Virus record (IMG/VR): IMGVR_UViG_3300005805_000347
Location: 1-28,529 of that record
Origin: a virus
Taxonomy: Duplodnaviria > Caudoviricetes
Reading direction: 5' to 3' (one strand)
Length of the DNA stretch: 28,529 bases
The first letter of the stretch is position 1. Each line of letters starts with the position of its first letter. This document shows positions 25,201 through 28,529 of this stretch, piece by piece. The notes beneath the pieces are model-generated. The model did no database searches, was not told where the DNA came from, and was given only the letters and a program-made list of their open reading frames with translations. The translations under genes were made by a program, and so were the position numbers.

Positions 25201-25578
25201 CGTATGTCGCCAGATCTCAGTGTGTGAGTGCGGCCCGTAGTTGGGGTAGTCCCAGAAACAGGTAACAATCGAATACCCGCCGTTCGCCGAAAAGTTCGTC
25301 GGTGCTGTCGGCGTCCCATTAGCCGGTGGATCCGGGTCGGGGTCAGCTGGCGGCTTACCAATCTGATAGGGGTTGCTGCCTAGCTCAATAGCGAGGCCGG
25401 AATCCAAAAGTTCGCGAAAAGTAACAGCGCGGTCGCGCGCGTCGCCTCGTCGCCCAAGTCGGATCTCGAGAGCTTCGGAGATGCTCTCAAGGTACCGGCG
25501 CAGAGCAGGCGAGATATCTGCCGGTGGCTTAGATATGCCGGGGACAGTTGTCGCGGCCGTTGTACGCGCTTTTGTCAT
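22285..25578 (-). CDS. Tail fibre / host-specificity protein with a DUF1983-like tip domain
   Basis: FN3-like N-terminal part (YYYWARHV), Ala/Thr coiled coil, seven YYTK repeats, YTVKVDxNGYVAGFGL..SEFIIRADRF, IxxAKI repeats. Confidence 0.85.
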   Translation of the reverse strand: MTKARTTAATTVPGISKPPADISPALRRYLESISEALEIRLGRRGDARDRAVTFRELLDSGLAIELGSNPYQIGKPPADPDPDPPANGTPTAPTNFSANGGYSIVTCFWDYPNYGPHSHTEIWRHTANVIGDAQLVGISSGISFIDPVGQSKTYYYWARHVSTYDIAGPFHSANGDEATTAANVTELLNVLTGAITESQLFQTLGARINLIDAAATEANSVNARILTETNARVAAINAEATARTTAISAEAATRAQAIADEAAARGTAISNEATLRTNADNALAQQITTLSATAAGTYATIAALQTEQTARADGDTAQATARETLAAQLRGTYNGTDVTQLSSGLVFSERQARVTADSALSSRSDALEATVNNPTTGLVATRATLVNDYYTKAATDSAISAASTTLTSQINTKNRTYAQASAPTGSLIEGDLWYDTDDSNKTYRYQGGQWVASDDTRISGTIANLSSNYYTKAATDSAIAASSLTLQTQINQKNRSYRQASAPGATGLIDGDIWFDSDDNNKAYRWNGSSWVATDDARIASTQADLQTNYYTKSSTDSAIAAATLNLVSNTALTNTLASYATNATLTNNYYTKTATDSAISGATTGLVSTTTLNNTLASYATNATLTTNYYTKTATDNAISVATQNLVSTTALNNTLGSYVTSSYLTTNYYTKTSTDTAISNATVNLVSTTTLNNSLGNYTTTAALQQNYYTKASGETLEGRYTVKVDLNGYVAGFGLAATANNGTPTSEFIIRADRFSIAAPGQTAIIPFIVQASATTLNGVAVPAGVYMDAAYIKNGTITSVKIGNGEIDDAKIANLNAAKITAGSIDTARLTIDNVTLDSYYDASVGRNRLRIRDLGVDTAQINNAAIKTAKIDDLAVSTLKIAGNAITQPEVYTAPDVYIPNNSSAAIQMTSSGVSEVYNYVGANNGDYIYVQYYNPYTGEFLEYYSFVGTGNGDYTRTVVYGPPTFINAITVLETPVVTVGVDATAAVQIVYYGTHDGSIYTYNDSGQHLFMLLDTGSGYRLAAQQQVGLRTDSSADTMASLPIAMTFTARNITTARVKILTGSRRVDLPMGNFSNACWLRNNTISLLGAKR
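23441..24415 (-). repeat. Coding tandem repeats with a 40-aa (120-bp) period
   Basis: YYTK codons recur at 23441, 23561, 23681, 23801, 23921, 24164 and 24404. Confidence 0.85.
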
Positions 25579-27293
25579 GAGCTCGCGATCTCGTCCATGC
25601 TCTGGGCAAGGCAGACCTCGTCAATCTCCACCGCACCAGAAACCTGGACCTCCCACACCTGTGCGAGCTTCGCAGGAAGACGCATCACAGGCTCACGTAA
25701 TGATCCGGTCGTAGCGCCGTTTGGTACGGTAATGGTCTGGGTATAGATGTTGTTTGCATACGACAAGGTGTAGTGGGCAACCAGCACGCTGTCCGCCCAC
25801 ACCTTGACCTCAACCGGGTACGACTGAGCATGCACCGAGACCCAGCTCATGCTGGTCGGTTTCGGCAGCACGATCTGCTTGGACTTCCAAGTCAGCGCCC
25901 GCTTGGTAGACCCCCCTCGATACTTCATGATCTTGTTGTTGACGATGAGATAGAGCTCACCGTCCTTCGGATTCATGTACCCGCCCCGTACTGCGTTGAC
26001 CGTGGTCAGTGTCGAGAGAGCCGCTTCCTGGGCCCGTGGGTCGTAGACAAAGCCCTTGTGGACACCGTTATCAGTCCAGAACGCCACGTAGGTGTTCTCG
26101 TGACGGAAGGCGCGGTAGGTGGTCGGGGAGAAGTTCGCCGACCACTGGCTGCTCGAGATGAGCCCCTCAGTGACCACGTTTCCATCGCCACTGCTCACGG
26201 CGCACAGGCCCTCTGGCCCCGCGTAGAGCAGGTAGGAACCCATGTCGACCACGCTGTTCACGTTGACACAGGCCTGTGGCAGGTCAACACGAATCGCGGT
26301 CATCGCACTGGGGTCAGTACCCGTGATGAAGTAAGGCGTGCCGTTGGTCAGGGCTACAACACCGTTGGCCACGGCCCCGATTGCGACGATGTCCTCCTCG
26401 AGCGTGATCCGGTAATCCACCGGCCAGGCGTGCGGGAGGAACGGTTCACTGAGACAGAACCGCTTGCCGGTGAACCCAGCGAACACACCGTTGGCCACGG
26501 CTATCAGGCCCTTCATCGGTCCATCTGGATAGAGGCTGGTGTTATCGTCCGGAGGGCCAATCCAGGTCTCGCTTGGCAGGACTTCCCCGAGCCCAGCAGA
26601 CGGCGTCGTATCGGCGTACGTCTGCGTGCTGAAGGACACCTGGGCAAGGAACTGGAACGCCGTGTTGGTCGAGCCGGTGTTCGACCGATAGATACGCTTA
26701 GCCGCGCCGTTGCCGAAGTTGTAATTGCCGCTCGGCAGGTCCGAGCTCGGCATGGTAATAGTGACGGTCTCGGTGTCAGTACGCTCGATTGGCGCCGTAG
26801 CCGGGCTAGGAGGCCCTTCCTCGCCAAAGGCGGTCACAAAGGTGTAGACGTAAGAGACATCGTCTGGGGTCTGATCCGGATCTGCCGTACCGCTCTTAAC
26901 TGTGGTCGGCGCATTGGCAGGGGCCGGAACCCCCAGACGATAACTGTTGGCTGGGTACCCGGCGTTGCCAGCGACCAGGGTGCTGACGGTACCGTAGCGG
27001 GGGTAATCGTCTCCCGTAAAGTACAGGCGCGCCAGGGTGTCGCCGGGAATGGGGCCAGGTACGGCCTTAACGCCGTCCTCGTCCCACTCAAGCCAGTTGG
27101 TATCGCGGTAGAAGTAGATCGACCGTCGTAGCCCACCCTGCAGGGTGAAGACTTCGCTGTCGTTGGTGGTCGGGGCTAACCGGCCAGATTGAAAATCGAC
27201 GTTCTCGGCTACTTGGGCGAATTGATCCGCCAGAAGCCTAGGAGATACGCCCGGTGCGATTCCGCTAAACCGGTCGCGCTTAAAGTATGCCAT
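25575..27293 (-). CDS. Tail structural protein, probably podovirus tail tubular B / nozzle-like
   Basis: FxGIAPxxSPRLL..AQxAxN, YVYTFV..GEEGPPS, RIYRS, SEPFLPHAWP, WKSK; beta-rich; next to the fibre gene. Confidence 0.7.
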   Translation of the reverse strand: MAYFKRDRFSGIAPGVSPRLLADQFAQVAENVDFQSGRLAPTTNDSEVFTLQGGLRRSIYFYRDTNWLEWDEDGVKAVPGPIPGDTLARLYFTGDDYPRYGTVSTLVAGNAGYPANSYRLGVPAPANAPTTVKSGTADPDQTPDDVSYVYTFVTAFGEEGPPSPATAPIERTDTETVTITMPSSDLPSGNYNFGNGAAKRIYRSNTGSTNTAFQFLAQVSFSTQTYADTTPSAGLGEVLPSETWIGPPDDNTSLYPDGPMKGLIAVANGVFAGFTGKRFCLSEPFLPHAWPVDYRITLEEDIVAIGAVANGVVALTNGTPYFITGTDPSAMTAIRVDLPQACVNVNSVVDMGSYLLYAGPEGLCAVSSGDGNVVTEGLISSSQWSANFSPTTYRAFRHENTYVAFWTDNGVHKGFVYDPRAQEAALSTLTTVNAVRGGYMNPKDGELYLIVNNKIMKYRGGSTKRALTWKSKQIVLPKPTSMSWVSVHAQSYPVEVKVWADSVLVAHYTLSYANNIYTQTITVPNGATTGSLREPVMRLPAKLAQVWEVQVSGAVEIDEVCLAQSMDEIASS

Positions 27294-27300
27294 GCGTACC

Positions 27301-27564
27301 TCACTTCAGTAGCAAGGTAGCCGTAAGTCCACACATGCCACAGATCAGGGTGAAACCGATAAAGATGCCCCAGTGGTTGATCTTTTCGATTCCGGTCTCG
27401 ATTTTCTCTAATCGATCGAATATGCCTCTAGAGCGTTCCTCGCACATTGCCTCATGGGCGGCCAATTTAGCGGCCATCGCCCAGTACCGCTCATCGATAG
27501 ACGGCGGGCTGGGGTCCCAGTAACGTTGATCCGAGGATGTTCCAGCGCCGGGCGACATATCCAT
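27301..27564 (-). CDS. Small coiled-coil protein with a C-terminal TM helix (HExxCxxR..IxxRLxxIE); holin-like or lysis-associated candidate
   Basis: Motif and terminal hydrophobic helix; start uncertain (27564, 27558 or later). Confidence 0.6.
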   Translation of the reverse strand: MDMSPGAGTSSDQRYWDPSPPSIDERYWAMAAKLAAHEAMCEERSRGIFDRLEKIETGIEKINHWGIFIGFTLICGMCGLTATLLLK

Positions 27565-27585
27565 AATATTACCAAAGCTAATATT
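27565..27585. promoter_or_regulatory. Operator-like palindrome overlapping a minus-strand -10 (TAATAT)
   Basis: AATATTACCAAAGCTAATATT, directly downstream of a terminator on the minus strand. Confidence 0.55.
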
Positions 27586-27587
27586 TC

Positions 27588-27618
27588 TAACAAAGCCCCG
27601 CCCCGAAAGGCGGGGCTT
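27588..27618 (-). terminator. Rho-independent terminator
   Basis: Minus strand GCCCCGCCT-TTCG-GGGCGGGGC-TTTGTT. Confidence 0.8.
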
Positions 27619-27624
27619 ACCGGA

Positions 27625-27789
27625 CTAGTTGACCTTTTCCGCTTCGGTCGGCGGGGCCAACTGAGGCTGAGCCTGCTGCTGGAGCTTCGTGATCAGGCCT
27701 GCCACAGCCTCAAACGGCTGCTTGGCGAGCGCCTGGATAACGAAACTAGCCTCCTCCTGACTAAGCTCAAACTTCAACACCTGACTCAT
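27625..27789 (-). CDS. 54-aa conserved phage protein (AL..QPF..V..LI.KL..QA..Q), not in ORF track
   Basis: TAAGGAG RBS; MSQVLKFELSQEEASFVIQALAKQPFEAVAGLITKLQQQAQPQLAPPTEAEKVN. Confidence 0.8.
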   Translation of the reverse strand: MSQVLKFELSQEEASFVIQALAKQPFEAVAGLITKLQQQAQPQLAPPTEAEKVN

Positions 27790-27810
27790 GCATATCTCCT
27801 TAGCTGCGAG

Positions 27811-28529
27811 TTAATACACCAACACTCCATTGGCATAGAACCTGGAGTTACCAAAAGTATAAACGGTCCCCGTATAGTCGATCGGCTTGATTCCAATGAT
27901 GCGGGAGGGGACGCCGAGCTCGTTGACCACCTGATCACCGACCTCAAGCGGGTGGGGCAATCCAAGGTCCTTATAGCCAGGGGCAGGGGCTACCGAAGCG
28001 TACCCCTTGCCAACCACGTACAGCGGGTGGTCTTCCGATGCGCGGAGCGTATTGCCGTCCTCGAACGTGATCTCGTACATCGGGCGATCAACCCGCGTAA
28101 TGACGTTGCTCACAGGAACGGCGACATTGGACATCAGAGCCTCGTCATAGACGAGGATGAACTCGCCAACCTGAACGTCCACGATTGGCTTCTCGCTGCC
28201 GTCAGCCATGCGGATTAGCGTGTCAGGCGTGAAGCAGCAGAATTGGCATCCGCCATCGCCCTCAGTCTCGACGGTTACGGCCCAGTAGCGAGTGTTAGAT
28301 CCGGATGTGGCATCGACGTTCCAAGTTCTCGTTCTGAATGTCGTGCTGATGTTTCCGGCCATCGAGAATGTAATCGAGGTAGCGCTTGATCCGCTTGAAA
28401 TGTTTACGCTACCGCCAGCACCGCTGACCGCCGTATATGTCCACGTTGCGCTTTGAGTGCAAGTGATCGTCTGCGACGCCGACCCTGCGTACTGATACTG
28501 ATAGAGCGCGGTTCTAGAACCAGACGAAG
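27811..28529 (-). CDS. 3' part of a Ser/Thr/Gly-rich virion-type protein with a C-terminal Hint domain (5' end outside window)
   Basis: Frame open to the window end; CFTPDTLIRMADGSEKPIVDVQVG, SEDHPLYV, LEVGD, VY...FYANGVLVY-stop. Confidence 0.85.
   Translation of the reverse strand, partial: SSGSRTALYQYQYAGSASQTITCTQSATWTYTAVSGAGGSVNISSGSSATSITFSMAGNISTTFRTRTWNVDATSGSNTRYWAVTVETEGDGGCQFCCFTPDTLIRMADGSEKPIVDVQVGEFILVYDEALMSNVAVPVSNVITRVDRPMYEITFEDGNTLRASEDHPLYVVGKGYASVAPAPGYKDLGLPHPLEVGDQVVNELGVPSRIIGIKPIDYTGTVYTFGNSRFYANGVLVY

Noticed and set aside
24082-27131. Long + strand ORFs (381 aa and 452 aa) opposite the tail genes
   Set aside because: Antisense shadows of GC-rich, codon-biased genes, with no recognisable motifs.

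Overview
This window is part of a temperate tailed dsDNA phage genome, apparently the free (unintegrated) form, because an intact attP-like site has phage genes on both sides. The host is probably a proteobacterium (inferred from a CsrA homologue, a lambda-CI-like repressor, IHF-like sites and a tRNA-Ser attachment core). On the + strand (1-20.9 kb) there is a C/A-rich early region of small ORFs containing an iteron-like putative origin (543-823) and a pyrimidine-dimer-glycosylase-like gene. It is followed by a MoxR AAA+ / Nmad5-like / metallopeptidase-vWA trio and a replication module (family A polymerase with Leu762, CsrA, primase-helicase, Cas4-like nuclease, GP88-like protein, SNF2 helicase, SSB-like protein, VRR-NUC). 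Then come a CI-like repressor, attP and a tyrosine integrase. On the - strand (20.85-28.5 kb) are an excisionase-like HTH gene, DUF3310, a small HExxH protein, tail fibre and tail genes, and the end of a virion-type protein carrying a C-terminal Hint domain. The most notable signals not explained by genes are: a dispersed palindromic ATTAGY-N3-RCTAAT operator-like motif at operon starts on both strands; the inverted-iteron origin flanked by degenerate 7-bp repeat arrays that recur at early gene junctions; two structured intergenic RNAs; and a possible non-lambda lysogeny switch. All protein family calls come from motif recognition by eye, with no database search.
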